From Promethearchaeota archaeon (GTDB lineage Archaea > Asgardarchaeota > Heimdallarchaeia > Hodarchaeales > Hodarchaeaceae), in the NCBI GenBank assembly GCA_048938105.1, contig JBHLMN010000006.1, positions 192,001-256,000 on the forward strand: a stretch of DNA of 64,000 nucleotides, in the 5' to 3' direction. Below, one piece after another: positions 20,737-38,027 of the stretch; the stretch's first letter is position 1; every line of letters begins with the position of its first letter. The position numbers and the translations under genes were made by a program. The notes under the pieces are model-generated. The model worked only from the letters and a program-made list of their open reading frames with translations. It had not been told where the DNA came from and did not search any database.

Positions 20737-21936
20737 TTGTCTGAAGAAAATATCAAAAAAGCACTCGAACATTTTGAGAACCTTGTTCGTGAACAACTTG
20801 AACGTGTAGAAAGAATGAAAAAAGAGCCAGATTGGACTGATTTCAGCACATTAAAACCAATTATCATTGGTGCCTGCGGTGGAGATGGTATTGGTCCGAA
20901 AATAACTGAACATGCAGTTGCCATTCTAAACTTCCTCTTAGAAGATGATATTAAATCAGGAAAGATTGAGATCCGGAATATTACAGGTTTAACAATTGAA
21001 AATAGAGCAAAAGTGATGAAAGCAATTCCTGATGATGTTTTAGAGGAACTTAAAAAATGTCATGTTATATTGAAAGGCCCAACGACCACACCCTGGAAAG
21101 GAAACAAATATGGCTGGCCAAACATTGAATCTGCCAACGTAGCAATGCGTCGGGAATTAGATCTTTTCGCCAACGTTCGTCCTGTTCGTGTACCCGAGAA
21201 GAATATCGATTGGATGTTTTATCGTGAGAACACAGAAGGAGCATACATTCTCGGCTCAAAAGGTGTTGAAGTCACAGATGATCTAGCTGTTGATTTCAAA
21301 GTAATTACCAATCAAGGTTCAGATCGCATCATCAGAGCAGCATTTGAGTATGCAAAAAAGAACAATATCAATAAAGTCACGGTGGTCACTAAAGCTAATG
21401 TTGTCAAGAAATCAGATGGAAAGTTCTTAGCTATTGCTGAAGAAGTAGCAAAAGACTATCCAGAAGTGGAATGGGACGATTGGTACGTTGACATCATGAC
21501 TGCAAAGCTCATTGATCCTGCACGACAAAGCTCCTTCCGCGTGATAACTGCTCCTAATTTGTACGGGGACATTGTTACCGACGAAGCAGCTCAAATCCAA
21601 GGAGGACTTGGTACAGCTGGAGCCGCAAATATTGGTAAGAGATATGCAATGTTCGAAGCAGTTCACGGTTCGGCCCTTCGGATGGTTGAAGATGGAAGAG
21701 TTGATTATGCTGATCCAACTAGTATCATCAAAGCCACAGCTATGCTTTTGAACCATATAGGGTTCACAGAAAAAGGAAATACACTGGACAAAGCTCTAGA
21801 CATCTGTTCTCAGTATGAAAAGAAGTTAACCATGACAGGGCGAGATACAGGCGCTACTGGCGAAAAATTTGCTGAATATATCATGGAAACGCTTCAAGAT
21901 CCCAACTTAGATCAGAAATGGCAAAGCTATCAGTGA
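20737..21936 (+). CDS. icd: Isocitrate dehydrogenase (isocitrate/isopropylmalate dehydrogenase family)
   Basis: GDGIGP, KGPTTTP, ESANVAMRRELDLFANVRP, RENTEG, NLYGDIVTD, EAVHGSA. Directly follows aclBA. TTG start after a GGTGA RBS. Confidence 0.85.
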   Translation: MSEENIKKALEHFENLVREQLERVERMKKEPDWTDFSTLKPIIIGACGGDGIGPKITEHAVAILNFLLEDDIKSGKIEIRNITGLTIENRAKVMKAIPDDVLEELKKCHVILKGPTTTPWKGNKYGWPNIESANVAMRRELDLFANVRPVRVPEKNIDWMFYRENTEGAYILGSKGVEVTDDLAVDFKVITNQGSDRIIRAAFEYAKKNNINKVTVVTKANVVKKSDGKFLAIAEEVAKDYPEVEWDDWYVDIMTAKLIDPARQSSFRVITAPNLYGDIVTDEAAQIQGGLGTAGAANIGKRYAMFEAVHGSALRMVEDGRVDYADPTSIIKATAMLLNHIGFTEKGNTLDKALDICSQYEKKLTMTGRDTGATGEKFAEYIMETLQDPNLDQKWQSYQ

Positions 21937-22064
21937 GTTGCTTTCCCTTCCCTTTTTCCTTTTTTTATAAATTGACTAGTCTCTATTTTATTTGATTATA
22001 ATTTTTTAATATAATTTATCTTAATCTTGAAAAACTATAAAAAAAAGAGGGGGAGGATGCCAAA

Positions 22065-23984
22065 TTAAATGTAGCTTAATGTGCCTCCAGCAATCAGAAT
22101 TTTTCGGTCACGCTCAGAAAGATCATATGATGTTTTAATATCAAATCCTTGAGTAATATCTCGGATGACGATTGGTTTATTTCCTTCTAAAGCTTTCCGT
22201 ACTCCTTTAATCTCTAGAACATCATTCTCTTTTATTTTATCATAATCTCCTGAATTTGAGAATGATAGAGGAAGAATTCCGAAGTTTATTAGATTATCCC
22301 GATGAATTCGCGCAAAAGATTTTGTCAGTACCGCTTTTATTCCAAGGTACATTGGAGCAAGAGCAGCGTGTTCTCGACTAGAACCTTGACCATAATTTTC
22401 TCCTCCAATGATAATTCCACCACCTTCCTTTTTACTTTCAAGAGCTCTTTCGGGGAAAGTGGGGTCTACTTGTTCAAAGACATATTTACTAATCTCTGGG
22501 AGATTGGACCTTAAAGGTAATATTTTTGCTCCTGCAGGCATAATATGATCCGTTGTGATGTTATCCTCTGTTTTAATTAGAACTTTAAACTGGAAATCAT
22601 CAGGTATCGCGTGAAATTCTGGTAATGGAGCAATGTTTGGGCCTCGGATAATCTCTACATCTTCAGGTTTGCCAGAGGGTTTTAGAATCATTGAATCGTC
22701 TATTTCGATTGAGGTTGGAATATTAACATTTGGATAATCTCCTAACTTCCGAGGATCTGTGAATTCTCCAAAAACAGCAGCAGCTACCGCAACTTCTGGG
22801 CTAACCAAATATGCATTTGCACTCTTTGTTCCACTTCTCCCATAAAAGTTCCTATTGAAAGTCCGAGCTATTGTAGCATTTGTTTTAGGAGCAAAACCCA
22901 TACCGATACAAGGTCCACAGGCAGTTTCCAGAATTCGAGCACCCGCTGTAATCATATCAGCTAAACTACCATCTTTTGATAATTGCATTAATACTTGACG
23001 TGATCCAGGGGAAATGCCTAAAACTGTATGTGGATGAATTTTACGTCCTTTTAAAAGAGCTGCAGCAGTTAACATGTCTTTTAATGAACTATTAGTGCAA
23101 GATCCAATTGCCACTTGATCTACTTTCATCCCCTCAACTTCAGAGAGAGGAACAACATCACCAGGAGAATGAGGTTTAGCAACGAGGGGTTCCAGCTCAG
23201 AGAGATTAATCTCAATTATCTCATCATAATCTTCATCTGTTCCTGCAGGAATTTCCACCCATTGATCTCCCCTTTCTTGCCATTTGAGAAAATCATGTGT
23301 GATTTCATCAGAGGGGAAGATTGAAGTTGTTGCTCCAGTTTCAGCCCCCATATTTGTAATTGTGGCGCGTTCAGGAACAGACAGTGTTTTCACTCCTGGT
23401 CCATAATACTCTAAGATCTTACCAACGCCACCTTTTACTGAAATTCTCCTGAGAACTTCTAAGATCACGTCTTTTGCCGTAACGTAATCTCTTAACGCGC
23501 CTGTCAATTTCACTCCAACAATTTTGGGTGCTTTAAGGTAGAATGGGCCACCTCCCATTGCTACAGCAACATCAAGACCACCTGCACCAATTGCTATCGC
23601 ACCCATACCGCCAGCTGTCGGGGTGTGCGAATCAGAACCGATTAAGGTCTTTCCTGGTCTGGCAAATCGCTCAAGAAACACTTGATGGCAGATACCATTC
23701 CCTGGTCGAGAAAACATGATCCCATACTTGGCTGCAATAGATTGTAGATATCGATGATCATCAGGGTTTTTAAAATCCGTTTGTAACGTGTTATGATCTA
23801 TGATTGACACAGATAACTCTGTCTTGACCTTATCAAGACCCATTGCCTCAAATTGAAGGTACGCCATAGTTCCAGTGGCATCCTGAGTCAGAGTGTGATC
23901 GATTCGAATAGCTATCTCTTCTCCAACTTCATATTTCCCTTCAATAATGTGTTCTTCTAATATTTTCTTTGCTATGCTTACCAT
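22065..23984 (-). CDS. acn: Aconitate hydratase, small (~640 aa) single-chain type
   Basis: TQDATGT, DHNTLQ, GICHQV, GSDSHT, GSCTN, CGPCIG, TTDHI, GSSREHA. Confidence 0.9.
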   Translation of the reverse strand: MVSIAKKILEEHIIEGKYEVGEEIAIRIDHTLTQDATGTMAYLQFEAMGLDKVKTELSVSIIDHNTLQTDFKNPDDHRYLQSIAAKYGIMFSRPGNGICHQVFLERFARPGKTLIGSDSHTPTAGGMGAIAIGAGGLDVAVAMGGGPFYLKAPKIVGVKLTGALRDYVTAKDVILEVLRRISVKGGVGKILEYYGPGVKTLSVPERATITNMGAETGATTSIFPSDEITHDFLKWQERGDQWVEIPAGTDEDYDEIIEINLSELEPLVAKPHSPGDVVPLSEVEGMKVDQVAIGSCTNSSLKDMLTAAALLKGRKIHPHTVLGISPGSRQVLMQLSKDGSLADMITAGARILETACGPCIGMGFAPKTNATIARTFNRNFYGRSGTKSANAYLVSPEVAVAAAVFGEFTDPRKLGDYPNVNIPTSIEIDDSMILKPSGKPEDVEIIRGPNIAPLPEFHAIPDDFQFKVLIKTEDNITTDHIMPAGAKILPLRSNLPEISKYVFEQVDPTFPERALESKKEGGGIIIGGENYGQGSSREHAALAPMYLGIKAVLTKSFARIHRDNLINFGILPLSFSNSGDYDKIKENDVLEIKGVRKALEGNKPIVIRDITQGFDIKTSYDLSERDRKILIAGGTLSYI

Positions 23985-24125
23985 TCAACAAACATCCTTA
24001 TCTTATAAGGTTTTAAGCTGTTTTTTCAGGATTTAGCTCGCTTTACCAAGCGCTTTCACAAATTTATAAATTCTTTTTACGAAAGATTCTGATCGTGCGG
24101 TAAAAATAACTCAAATTTTATGAAT

Positions 24126-24557
24126 CTAGAACATCTGCCTGCTTAATTTCACGAGCGATTCTTCATCTGAGGAAAAAGGGCGTAATCGAAAGCTATAGGA
24201 ATACTCTTGTGGTGGAAGTGTATATTTAGTATGTACAGGTGCACTCCAGCTATTATCCCCTCCAACACCCATTTGTTTGTAGTCGAGATTACATGATATT
24301 ACATTTCTAGGTTTAATTCCATTAGAATGACTTCTCACATCATCTTTGTTTTCTAGTTCCCCTAATTTAAATTGATAAACACTTATACTTAATAGAGGTA
24401 ATCCGATAGCTAACAAACCAAATCCCTCAATATTCGATAGAGCTACCCAACGAACGTCAGGTTTGTTTCCATTTTCCTGTAGACGAACATTTGGATGATA
24501 TTGGTCCCACACCTTTCCAGAGAAAACCCCAATAGCTGCCCCCGTTTATCGATCTCA
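24126..24557 (-). pseudogene. Truncated remnant of a GH2 beta-galactosidase C-terminal (small-chain) domain
   Basis: Aligns with the C-terminus of 27402..30512 ([24 protein letters not shown]). Upstream homology continues as *DR*TGAAIGVFSGKVW versus [17 protein letters not shown], with two in-frame stops, then breaks at a tandem repeat. Confidence 0.85.
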
Positions 24558-24634
24558 GATTTTGTCCTTTTATTATATAGGAATCACAAATATTCTCAGA
24601 TTTTGTCTTTTTATTATATAGGAATCACAAATAT
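24553..24634. repeat. 41-bp tandem direct repeat (2 copies, 1 mismatch)
   Basis: TCTCAGATTTTGTC(C/T)TTTTATTATATAGGAATCACAAATAT at 24553-24593 and 24594-24634. Confidence 0.9.
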
Positions 24635-24760
24635 TCTTAATAATAAATTCTTAGATTGAAGCTTTACAAGATTAAGATTGAATCATAAAGCAAAGTATGG
24701 TAATAAGTTTATACTATAAGTGAAAATTAGAAATCTTCAAAGACGATCAAGTGAAAGTGA

Positions 24761-30521
<5,761 letters not shown>

Positions 30522-30747
30522 TCATCTTCATTTTATGCATACTAACCTAATAATGTATTCATGATGTTATTCAGCCCATTTGAATGCTATGTATCCATCT
30601 CTGAAATCTACCTACATATAAGGGACAGATCTGCTTAATCTACCAACAAAATCTTTGTCGCAAATCTCATTTCCCAATCATTTTCGGCTAAAACTTTAAA
30701 AAATTTTTTATAAAACATCTACCATCAAGTAAGGTTGGTTAAATACT

Positions 30748-31215
30748 ATGAGTAAACAAGAAAGAATCGATTTTTACAAGGATCAAGTCGAATTAGAGAA
30801 TACAATCGTTGAAAAAGCTGAAAAAGCTGTTCAGGGTTTGGACAATGTCCTCATTCGAGAATTGATTCTAGGGATCGCTCTAGACTCAAAAAAACATGCA
30901 GGAATGTTGAATGCACTGGTTAGCATATATACCAAGCCGACTCCCTCTGTAGCAGAAGAATTTGGAGATGAGCTTAAAAAAACTATCGCAGAACATATTG
31001 AGCTAGAACAACAAGCTATAGATACCTATCAAGAAAAATTGGAAACAACTGATAACGAAAGTGAGAGAATTATCATTAAAGCAATACTAAACGACGAAAA
31101 GAAACATCATAAGCTCTTAACAACTATTCAAAAAATGATTGTGGAGAAACTGACTTTATCAGAAAAGGACTTATGGGAAATGGTTGAAGAGAGCTATTTC
31201 GATTTTGGGGAATAG
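30748..31215 (+). CDS. Ferritin-like (rubrerythrin-fold) diiron protein
   Basis: DSKKH and DEKKHH motifs in a four-helix bundle pattern; paralog of 59183..59659. Confidence 0.75.
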   Translation: MSKQERIDFYKDQVELENTIVEKAEKAVQGLDNVLIRELILGIALDSKKHAGMLNALVSIYTKPTPSVAEEFGDELKKTIAEHIELEQQAIDTYQEKLETTDNESERIIIKAILNDEKKHHKLLTTIQKMIVEKLTLSEKDLWEMVEESYFDFGE

Positions 31216-31497
31216 GACGATTACACTTGTAGAGCTCTTATACTTAATATTACCTCTCTCTTTTTTCACTAAAGCTTTACAACGGTGTTAAATCATATAT
31301 ATTCTAGCTTGATATGTCCCTGTAAGGGGTACTGGTAATTTTCTATTTTGACTTACTATTATGTAATTCATTCCTATTGTTTTTAAGAATGTTTAAAAAC
31401 TTGAAACTTCATATAATGATTATCTATTTAATTTTATATAACATTAAATAGTAATTTGAAAATAATTTCAATATTTAAATAAGATGAGGTTAGGTAA

Positions 31498-33408
31498 ATG
31501 GATTTATTCAAAATTCTCAAATTAAACAAAATCGCATATAAAATAGCTGCATTAGCTCTAGTTATAGCGTTAGTACCTATAGTAGTTATTACTGTTTTTA
31601 ATGCATCAGCTCTTCAAAATGAACTTTATTCAAATGTAAAACATGATTTGACCAACAGAGCAACAGATGTAATGCATATCAGCAATGAAATGCTATTAAA
31701 TCCTGTAGAGAGCGTTGAAAGCTTAGCTGAAAGCACAATGGTTCGAAGAAGCGCTTTAAATGCAACAAAACAAAATTTGACTGTATTATGGGATAGTTAT
31801 GAAGGAGCAAACTTTGATAATGATGAGAATATGAAAAATAATAAAACAGCGAAGACATGGAATCCAGATAATGACATTGATCCTGGACTCTCTTCATACT
31901 TGGATACTTTTGCAATCAGATTTGGTTTTTCAGAGGTATTTATTGCCGATTCCCGAGGTTATGTATATGCTTGCTCCCAATCGGTTCCAGGTGATTTTTT
32001 ACAGAAAGATGAGGATTGGTGGACCGCTGCTCGTGATACATCGGATGGGCAATTCATAGAGTTTGGTTACGATGATAGTACTGGTCAATATTTGATGGAC
32101 ATCATTCAGGAAGTTCAGCTATCTGAGGGAACCTTCACTGGAATGATCAAGGCAGGATTTAATGTCGGAACATTGAATGAAGTAATTGCAGATGTTTCTC
32201 TCCTCCATGGATTAGAGGAAGAAGGAACAGAAGTAGAATATACTTCAGAATTCATTACTTCTGCGATAGAAGAAGAGGGGTTAATAGTATTTATGGTTAC
32301 TAGTGATGGTAAAATCTTCTCTCATCTTGACAGTTCACTCGTAGGGAAAAACTTAACTGAAATTATGTCACCAACTCATTCTGCAAACAAACCTATATTT
32401 TCCATCTTGAATAGTGGCGTTTTGGAATATTCTCATGGAAAAAAAATAAATATCAATGGTGTTGATTATTTTGCTTCTTATGAACCACTTGTGAATTGGG
32501 ATATTTTACTATTTTTTGGAGAAAAGGCAGCTCCTATCGAAAATAAGATCTTTAACCAAATTTTAGTTTCAATTGTCTTCTCTGTGGTCTTGGTAGCATT
32601 AGCCGTAGTTAGTGCTGTTTTCATGGCTACAACACTAGCAAAACCTATTAACAATTTATCGAAAGTCACTAATAAAATAGCCTCGGGTGATTTAACTAGT
32701 AGTATAGAGGATCTTGACCTTGATAGACATGATGAAATTGGGAGGCTAAGCCGATCATTTGGTAGCATGGTAGAGAATCTTAGTGCTTTTGTTTATGGTT
32801 CACAATCGTCTGCAGAGGAAGTGGCTTCATCAGCTGAGGAATTAGCATCTACTTCAGAAGAAGTGAACGCTCTTAGCGAAGAAATTGCCGCGACAATTCA
32901 ACAAATTAGCCGTGGTTCATCAAATCAATCCGAATTATCAGTGAAAGCCATTGAAGACGTAAAGCAAATGTCAGAGATAGTTGATCAGTCTCTTGAAAGA
33001 ATTGAAAGTACATTACGAGTCATTGAAGATATTGCAGGCCAAACAAACATATTAGCGTTGAATGCAGCTATTGAAGCTGCACGTGCAGGTGAATATGGTA
33101 GAGGTTTTGCAGTTGTCGCTGATAATGTTCGAAGGCTTGCAGAGGAAACAAAAAACAATTCAGCTGAAATTAGCAAAGTGACTGTAGATATTGTCACAAA
33201 CATTGGTGGTAGTGTAGCGAGCTTACAAGAAACATTACAAGCATTTGCGGCTCAATCAGAAGAATTTAGCGCCTCTAGTGAGGAAGTGGCTGCTGCAACC
33301 GAGGAGCAAACAGCAGCTATGAATCAGATGACTACAGCAGCTCAAGATTTAACGAAGCTTGGTGAAAAAATGGCACAACTTGTTACAAAATACAAAGTTG
33401 ACAAATAA
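31498..33408 (+). CDS. Methyl-accepting chemotaxis protein (TM-dCache-like-TM-HAMP-MA)
   Basis: Two TM helices, HAMP ([10 protein letters not shown]), signalling tip [27 protein letters not shown]. Confidence 0.95.
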   Translation: MDLFKILKLNKIAYKIAALALVIALVPIVVITVFNASALQNELYSNVKHDLTNRATDVMHISNEMLLNPVESVESLAESTMVRRSALNATKQNLTVLWDSYEGANFDNDENMKNNKTAKTWNPDNDIDPGLSSYLDTFAIRFGFSEVFIADSRGYVYACSQSVPGDFLQKDEDWWTAARDTSDGQFIEFGYDDSTGQYLMDIIQEVQLSEGTFTGMIKAGFNVGTLNEVIADVSLLHGLEEEGTEVEYTSEFITSAIEEEGLIVFMVTSDGKIFSHLDSSLVGKNLTEIMSPTHSANKPIFSILNSGVLEYSHGKKININGVDYFASYEPLVNWDILLFFGEKAAPIENKIFNQILVSIVFSVVLVALAVVSAVFMATTLAKPINNLSKVTNKIASGDLTSSIEDLDLDRHDEIGRLSRSFGSMVENLSAFVYGSQSSAEEVASSAEELASTSEEVNALSEEIAATIQQISRGSSNQSELSVKAIEDVKQMSEIVDQSLERIESTLRVIEDIAGQTNILALNAAIEAARAGEYGRGFAVVADNVRRLAEETKNNSAEISKVTVDIVTNIGGSVASLQETLQAFAAQSEEFSASSEEVAAATEEQTAAMNQMTTAAQDLTKLGEKMAQLVTKYKVDK

Positions 33409-33426
33409 ATTCTGTGTTGTTATGAA

Positions 33427-33470
33427 TGGAGATCTTATTTTTAAGTATGAGTAGTGATCTCCAATTTTTT
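33427..33470 (+). terminator. Hairpin plus T-tract after the MCP gene
   Basis: TGGAGATC...GATCTCCA followed by a T-run. Confidence 0.45.
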
Positions 33471-33585
33471 TAATTCTTAAAAAGAAGCTTAGATGCACCA
33501 ATTAAACGTATATATTCTATATAGATCAGAATATAGAAAAGAAAGATCCCACCCCTTTTTCACTTGGATATATCCCTTTAAAAAA

Positions 33586-35985
33586 TCAAGCTGCAGCTTT
33601 CGCTTCTTTGTGGACTACTTCATGGTTTTTTCTAGCAATTTTACTCATTTCTGTTACAACGTCTGCAAATTTCTTCCCTTCTGCAGCTGACATCCATTCA
33701 ATGATAAACCGTTCATCAGCGATACCTTCTTTTTTCATCCAGCGACGAATCTTTTTCTCACGTTTCAATGCCCAATCGTTCCCAGAAATGTAATGACAGT
33801 CTTGAGGATGACAACCAGTCAACATCACGGCACCTGCCCCGCGTTCAAAGGCTCTTTTTATAAAATCAACATCGACACGACCCGAGCACATTGTACGGAC
33901 AATTCTAGAATTGGTTGGGTATTGAATGCGACTAGTTCCAGCTAGATCAGCTCCTCCATATGAACACCAGTTACAAGCAAAGATCATTACTTTCTCTGAG
34001 GCGTTGTCTCTAAGGGCAATGTCTATTTGCCGCATAATCATCGCATCTGTAAAGTTGGTCATTGTTATAGCATCTTTCGGGCAATCTGCAGCACATGTTC
34101 CACAACCCTTGCATAAGATGGGATTAACATGAGCAGGAGTCTTCTTTTTCTTATCCACACTAATAGCATTGTAAGGACATCGTTTAGCACAGGTACCACA
34201 AGAATTACAAAGCTCAGCATCAACATAGGCGTATAAGGGTTCAACAGTGAACTCTCCCTTAGCAAGTAACCTTGTCACTCGTCCTGCTGCAGCACTGGCT
34301 TGAGTAACACACTCGCGAATGTCTTTTGGAGATTCTGCCCCACCGGCGATGAAAACACCATCAGTTGGGGTATCAACTGGTTTTAATTTAGGGTGAGCTT
34401 CGATATAAAACCCTTTAGGATCACGAGAAACTGGAAATGGAATAGGATATGGTGAACCCTCTGCTCCAACAGAGAGAACTACAAGATCAAATTCTTTAGT
34501 TAGAAGTTTCCCCGATTGGATATCTTCAACAGAGACGAGAAGATTGTTATTTCCCGGAATTTCTTCTATCAAACCTGGTCGTCCGCGGATGAAATGGACT
34601 CCTTCCTCTCTTGAACGAGTATAAAGTTCTTCAAATCCTTTCCCAAAGGCTCGAATATCCATATAAAACACAGATATGTCTACGTCAGGCCAATGCTCTT
34701 TGATCAAAAGAGTGTCTTTTATAACTTCCATACAACAGAAGTTACTACAGTATGGGTTAAATCGAACGTCTCTCGATCCAACACAATTGATGAATGCAAC
34801 GCTTTTCGGAGGTTTGAGATCACTTGGGCGTACAAGTTCACCAGAAGTAGGCCCAGCTGCATTAATCAATCGCTCAAATTCGAATGTTGTTACTACATTG
34901 GGATAAGCTCCCCAACCATATTCTGGTATCTTGGAGGCATCAAAAATCTGAAAACCTGTAGCAACGATGATGGAACCCACTTTGAAGTTATATACCTTTT
35001 CAGTGTCTTCATAAATGATAGCTTCTTTATCACACGTGGTAGTACATTTGCCACATGCTAATGGAGAAAGACCAAGACAGTTCTCGGTATCTATTAGGTA
35101 AGCTGCTGGAACAGCCTGCGGATATGGAATATAAATTGCTTTCCTCCATCCTAGGTTACCAGAATATTCATCAATGACATTCACAGGACAAATATCAATA
35201 CAATCATTGCAAGCGGTACAAAGGTCTTCATCTACATATCGTGGTTGTTTCGTAATAGTTACCTCGAAGTTTCCTACATATCCATCAATTTTCGTAACCT
35301 CTGCACTTGCAATCAAGTTGATATTTGGATGATTACCTACATCAGCCATCTTAGGGCCAAGAATACAGATTGAACAGTCCATAGTAGGGAATGTTTTGTC
35401 AATTAACGCCATTCTCCCACCAATTGTCGGGCTTTTCTCGACCATGATGACTTCATAGTCATCAGCTAAATCTAACGCAGCTTGAATACCCGCTACCCCA
35501 CCACCAATGATTAATACTCTTTTTTCAACAGGGACAACGATTTCCTCAACAGCTTCTAATAATTCAGCTTTGGCTATTGCCATTTCAGTTAATTCTTTAG
35601 CTTTTAAAGTTGCCTCTTCTTTTTCGTGGAGATGAACCCAACTACAGTGCTCTCTGATGTTAGCAACCTCAACCACTTCTGAATTCATTCCCAATCGTCG
35701 TAAGAGATTCTTCCATGTTGGAAGATGTAATCTTGGGGAACAAGCAGAAATAACTATTTTTTCTATTCCCTGTTCTTTAATAGCTTCCTCAATCTCAACC
35801 TGTCCTGGATCTGAACAGGTATAGGTGTTTACCTGTACCAGTTTTACTCCTGGTAACTGCTCAACTTCTTTGGCGATTTCATCTATATCGACAGTTCCAC
35901 CAATATTCTTCCCACATTTACAGAGAAAAACACCAATTTTAGATTCATTTGTTGGTTGATCAACACTTTCGGTCATTGTAATCAC
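33586..35985 (-). CDS. hdrA: Heterodisulfide reductase subunit A fused to an MvhD-like [2Fe-2S] domain
   Basis: CKCGKNI, ACSPRLH, REHCSWVH, GGGVAG, DKTFPTMDCSIC, CVGSRD, YCSNFCC, C-terminal ferredoxin, then MvhD motifs FACNWCSY, MCSGRVD, GCHPQDCHY. Confidence 0.92.
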   Translation of the reverse strand: MITMTESVDQPTNESKIGVFLCKCGKNIGGTVDIDEIAKEVEQLPGVKLVQVNTYTCSDPGQVEIEEAIKEQGIEKIVISACSPRLHLPTWKNLLRRLGMNSEVVEVANIREHCSWVHLHEKEEATLKAKELTEMAIAKAELLEAVEEIVVPVEKRVLIIGGGVAGIQAALDLADDYEVIMVEKSPTIGGRMALIDKTFPTMDCSICILGPKMADVGNHPNINLIASAEVTKIDGYVGNFEVTITKQPRYVDEDLCTACNDCIDICPVNVIDEYSGNLGWRKAIYIPYPQAVPAAYLIDTENCLGLSPLACGKCTTTCDKEAIIYEDTEKVYNFKVGSIIVATGFQIFDASKIPEYGWGAYPNVVTTFEFERLINAAGPTSGELVRPSDLKPPKSVAFINCVGSRDVRFNPYCSNFCCMEVIKDTLLIKEHWPDVDISVFYMDIRAFGKGFEELYTRSREEGVHFIRGRPGLIEEIPGNNNLLVSVEDIQSGKLLTKEFDLVVLSVGAEGSPYPIPFPVSRDPKGFYIEAHPKLKPVDTPTDGVFIAGGAESPKDIRECVTQASAAAGRVTRLLAKGEFTVEPLYAYVDAELCNSCGTCAKRCPYNAISVDKKKKTPAHVNPILCKGCGTCAADCPKDAITMTNFTDAMIMRQIDIALRDNASEKVMIFACNWCSYGGADLAGTSRIQYPTNSRIVRTMCSGRVDVDFIKRAFERGAGAVMLTGCHPQDCHYISGNDWALKREKKIRRWMKKEGIADERFIIEWMSAAEGKKFADVVTEMSKIARKNHEVVHKEAKAAA

Positions 35986-35994
35986 TTATTATCA

Positions 35995-36870
35995 TCATTT
36001 TTTTGTCTTACTTTGTGCTAACTCTATCACACGATCTACTTTCTGAGTAAAACCCTCCCGTTGCGCATCAACAAACTCCCCGCAAATAATTATGCCTTTC
36101 TTAAAGTCAAATGTAGCTTCGTGGGGTGGACAATTAGTTTTTACTCTAACTTGCTTTTTTAACCATTCTAACATCGCTACAGCATCACCAAGTTTATTCT
36201 TTCGGCCGTATTGGGTAAAGCAAGGAGCAAGAACCTCTATGAAACTGAAACCTGGATTATCAAACGATTTTAGGATACTTTTTCGTAATCGAAGTGTGTC
36301 ATATCCAGGCCACCTAGCAACATAACTGGCTCCTGCAGCTGCAGCTAGAGAAACTAAGTTGAATGGAGGCTCAATGTTTCCGTAAGGTGTTGTTGCTGTG
36401 AAGTCACCAATTTGAGTCGTTGGAGCTACCTGTCCACCCGTCATTCCATACACATTATTGTTTATACACAGAACAGTTACCTCTATATTTCTTCTACATG
36501 CATGAATGAAATGGTTACCTCCTATTGCAAAGAGATCTCCATCTCCTGAAAGTACAACGACTTCAAGATCAGGATTCGCTAATTTCAACCCTGTAGCAAA
36601 AGGAATAGCCCTCCCATGTGTGGTATGAAAAGCAGGTGCTTTAAAACAACCGCTTGATCGGCCAGTACAACCTATACCTGACACAACTGCGTACTCTTTA
36701 GCAGTGAGGCCTCTTTCTCGAATACAACTAGTTATAGACGTAATTGCAGATCCAATTAAACACCCTGGACAAAAGATAAAACGATGCAAGTTCAACCATT
36801 GATGTAAAGGGTGTTCCTCTGGAAAGTCCTCAGAGCTTTCAGGTGATGGTATTTTTTCTATTGTAGTCAT
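35995..36870 (-). CDS. korB: 2-oxoacid:ferredoxin oxidoreductase beta subunit (KorB-like)
   Basis: FCPGC, SGIGC, HGRA, TPP motif GDGD...NNNVYGMTGGQ. Confidence 0.9.
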   Translation of the reverse strand: MTTIEKIPSPESSEDFPEEHPLHQWLNLHRFIFCPGCLIGSAITSITSCIRERGLTAKEYAVVSGIGCTGRSSGCFKAPAFHTTHGRAIPFATGLKLANPDLEVVVLSGDGDLFAIGGNHFIHACRRNIEVTVLCINNNVYGMTGGQVAPTTQIGDFTATTPYGNIEPPFNLVSLAAAAGASYVARWPGYDTLRLRKSILKSFDNPGFSFIEVLAPCFTQYGRKNKLGDAVAMLEWLKKQVRVKTNCPPHEATFDFKKGIIICGEFVDAQREGFTQKVDRVIELAQSKTKK

Positions 36871-36872
36871 AT

Positions 36873-38027
36873 TTAAACCTCCTTAAGTAACTGTTCATAT
36901 ATAAATGTTGGACTAAATGGAATAGTCGTTGGAATTAGGATACCAGGAACTTCAAATCCAAGATGGCGAAATCGTTGAACTTCTCGAATGACCATTCCAT
37001 AGTTCATTTCACTAACAATAACCTTTTTCACACCGAGCTTACTTAATTTCTCCATTAACTCCTGGGGGAATGGCCAAAGTGTCCTTAACCGAACTAATCC
37101 GACTTTATGGCCTTTTTTACGTACGCGCTCTACAGCTTCAGGAACACTTCTTGAATTTATTCCATAAGACAACATGACTATCTCTGCATCGTCTAAATGT
37201 TGTTCTTCCCATGGGATATATTTGTTAATATCGGAACTTGCGTTTCTGATCTTATCACAAAGACGCTTGACAAGTGTTATTGCTGTCTCTGGGGTCATAT
37301 CAGGACTACCAGTTACATCATGGGTAAGACCAGTGACGTAGAAATTATAATCACTTCCTGCAGTAGCCATCCCAGGAACGAGGTCGTCATCAAACACTTC
37401 AAAAGGTTGGTACTTTTCTGGTGGAACTTGAGGGGGTTTACGATTTATAATCTCAAAATCTGTGTGATATCGAACGGGTTCCATCATCTGCCCAACGATA
37501 CCATCTGATGCAACAATCACAGGCGTTCTATATTTTTCTGCTAAATTAAACGCGTAAATCCCAAAATCATACATCTCTTGAACTGATCCTGGAGCTAAAA
37601 CAATAACTTCATAATCACCATGAGAAGCAAATCTTACCTGCATTACATCAGATTGTGATGCTTTTGTAGGTTGTCCTGTACTAGGGCCGCCCCTCATAAT
37701 AGTCACAATAACCAATGGAGCTTCTAACATCACTCCAAGGCCAACAGTTTCAGCCATAAGTGAAAAACCTGGCCCTGAAGTTGCAGTCATTGCTTTTACA
37801 CCAGCATAAGAAGCACCAACAACAGCAACTATTGAAGCAAGTTCATCCTCCATTTGGATAAACTTCCCCCCAACCTGGGGTAAACGTCTGGACATGTAAT
37901 GCGCTATTTCTGAAGAAGGAGTGATGGGGTATCCACCAAAGAATCGACAACCAGCTGCGATCGCGCCTTCAGCTACCGCATAATTACCAGTAGTCAAAAT
38001 TAGTTTGCCATTTTTACTACTACTCAT
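36873..38027 (-). CDS. korA: 2-oxoacid:ferredoxin oxidoreductase alpha subunit (KorA-like)
   Basis: GYPITPSSE, QMEDE, ATSGPG, RGGPSTG. Confidence 0.9.
   Translation of the reverse strand: MSSSKNGKLILTTGNYAVAEGAIAAGCRFFGGYPITPSSEIAHYMSRRLPQVGGKFIQMEDELASIVAVVGASYAGVKAMTATSGPGFSLMAETVGLGVMLEAPLVIVTIMRGGPSTGQPTKASQSDVMQVRFASHGDYEVIVLAPGSVQEMYDFGIYAFNLAEKYRTPVIVASDGIVGQMMEPVRYHTDFEIINRKPPQVPPEKYQPFEVFDDDLVPGMATAGSDYNFYVTGLTHDVTGSPDMTPETAITLVKRLCDKIRNASSDINKYIPWEEQHLDDAEIVMLSYGINSRSVPEAVERVRKKGHKVGLVRLRTLWPFPQELMEKLSKLGVKKVIVSEMNYGMVIREVQRFRHLGFEVPGILIPTTIPFSPTFIYEQLLKEV

Noticed and set aside
24553-24634. CRISPR array
   Set aside because: Only two directly adjacent copies, with no spacers and no cas genes
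30570-30680. Possible gene remnant upstream of lacZ (GNEICDKDFVGR…*VDFRDGYIAFKWAE*)
   Set aside because: Too short, has an internal stop and no identifiable homology
33586-35985. Selenocysteine (TGA readthrough) in HdrA/MvhD, as known for some archaea
   Set aside because: The ORF is uninterrupted and all motif positions are ordinary Cys codons
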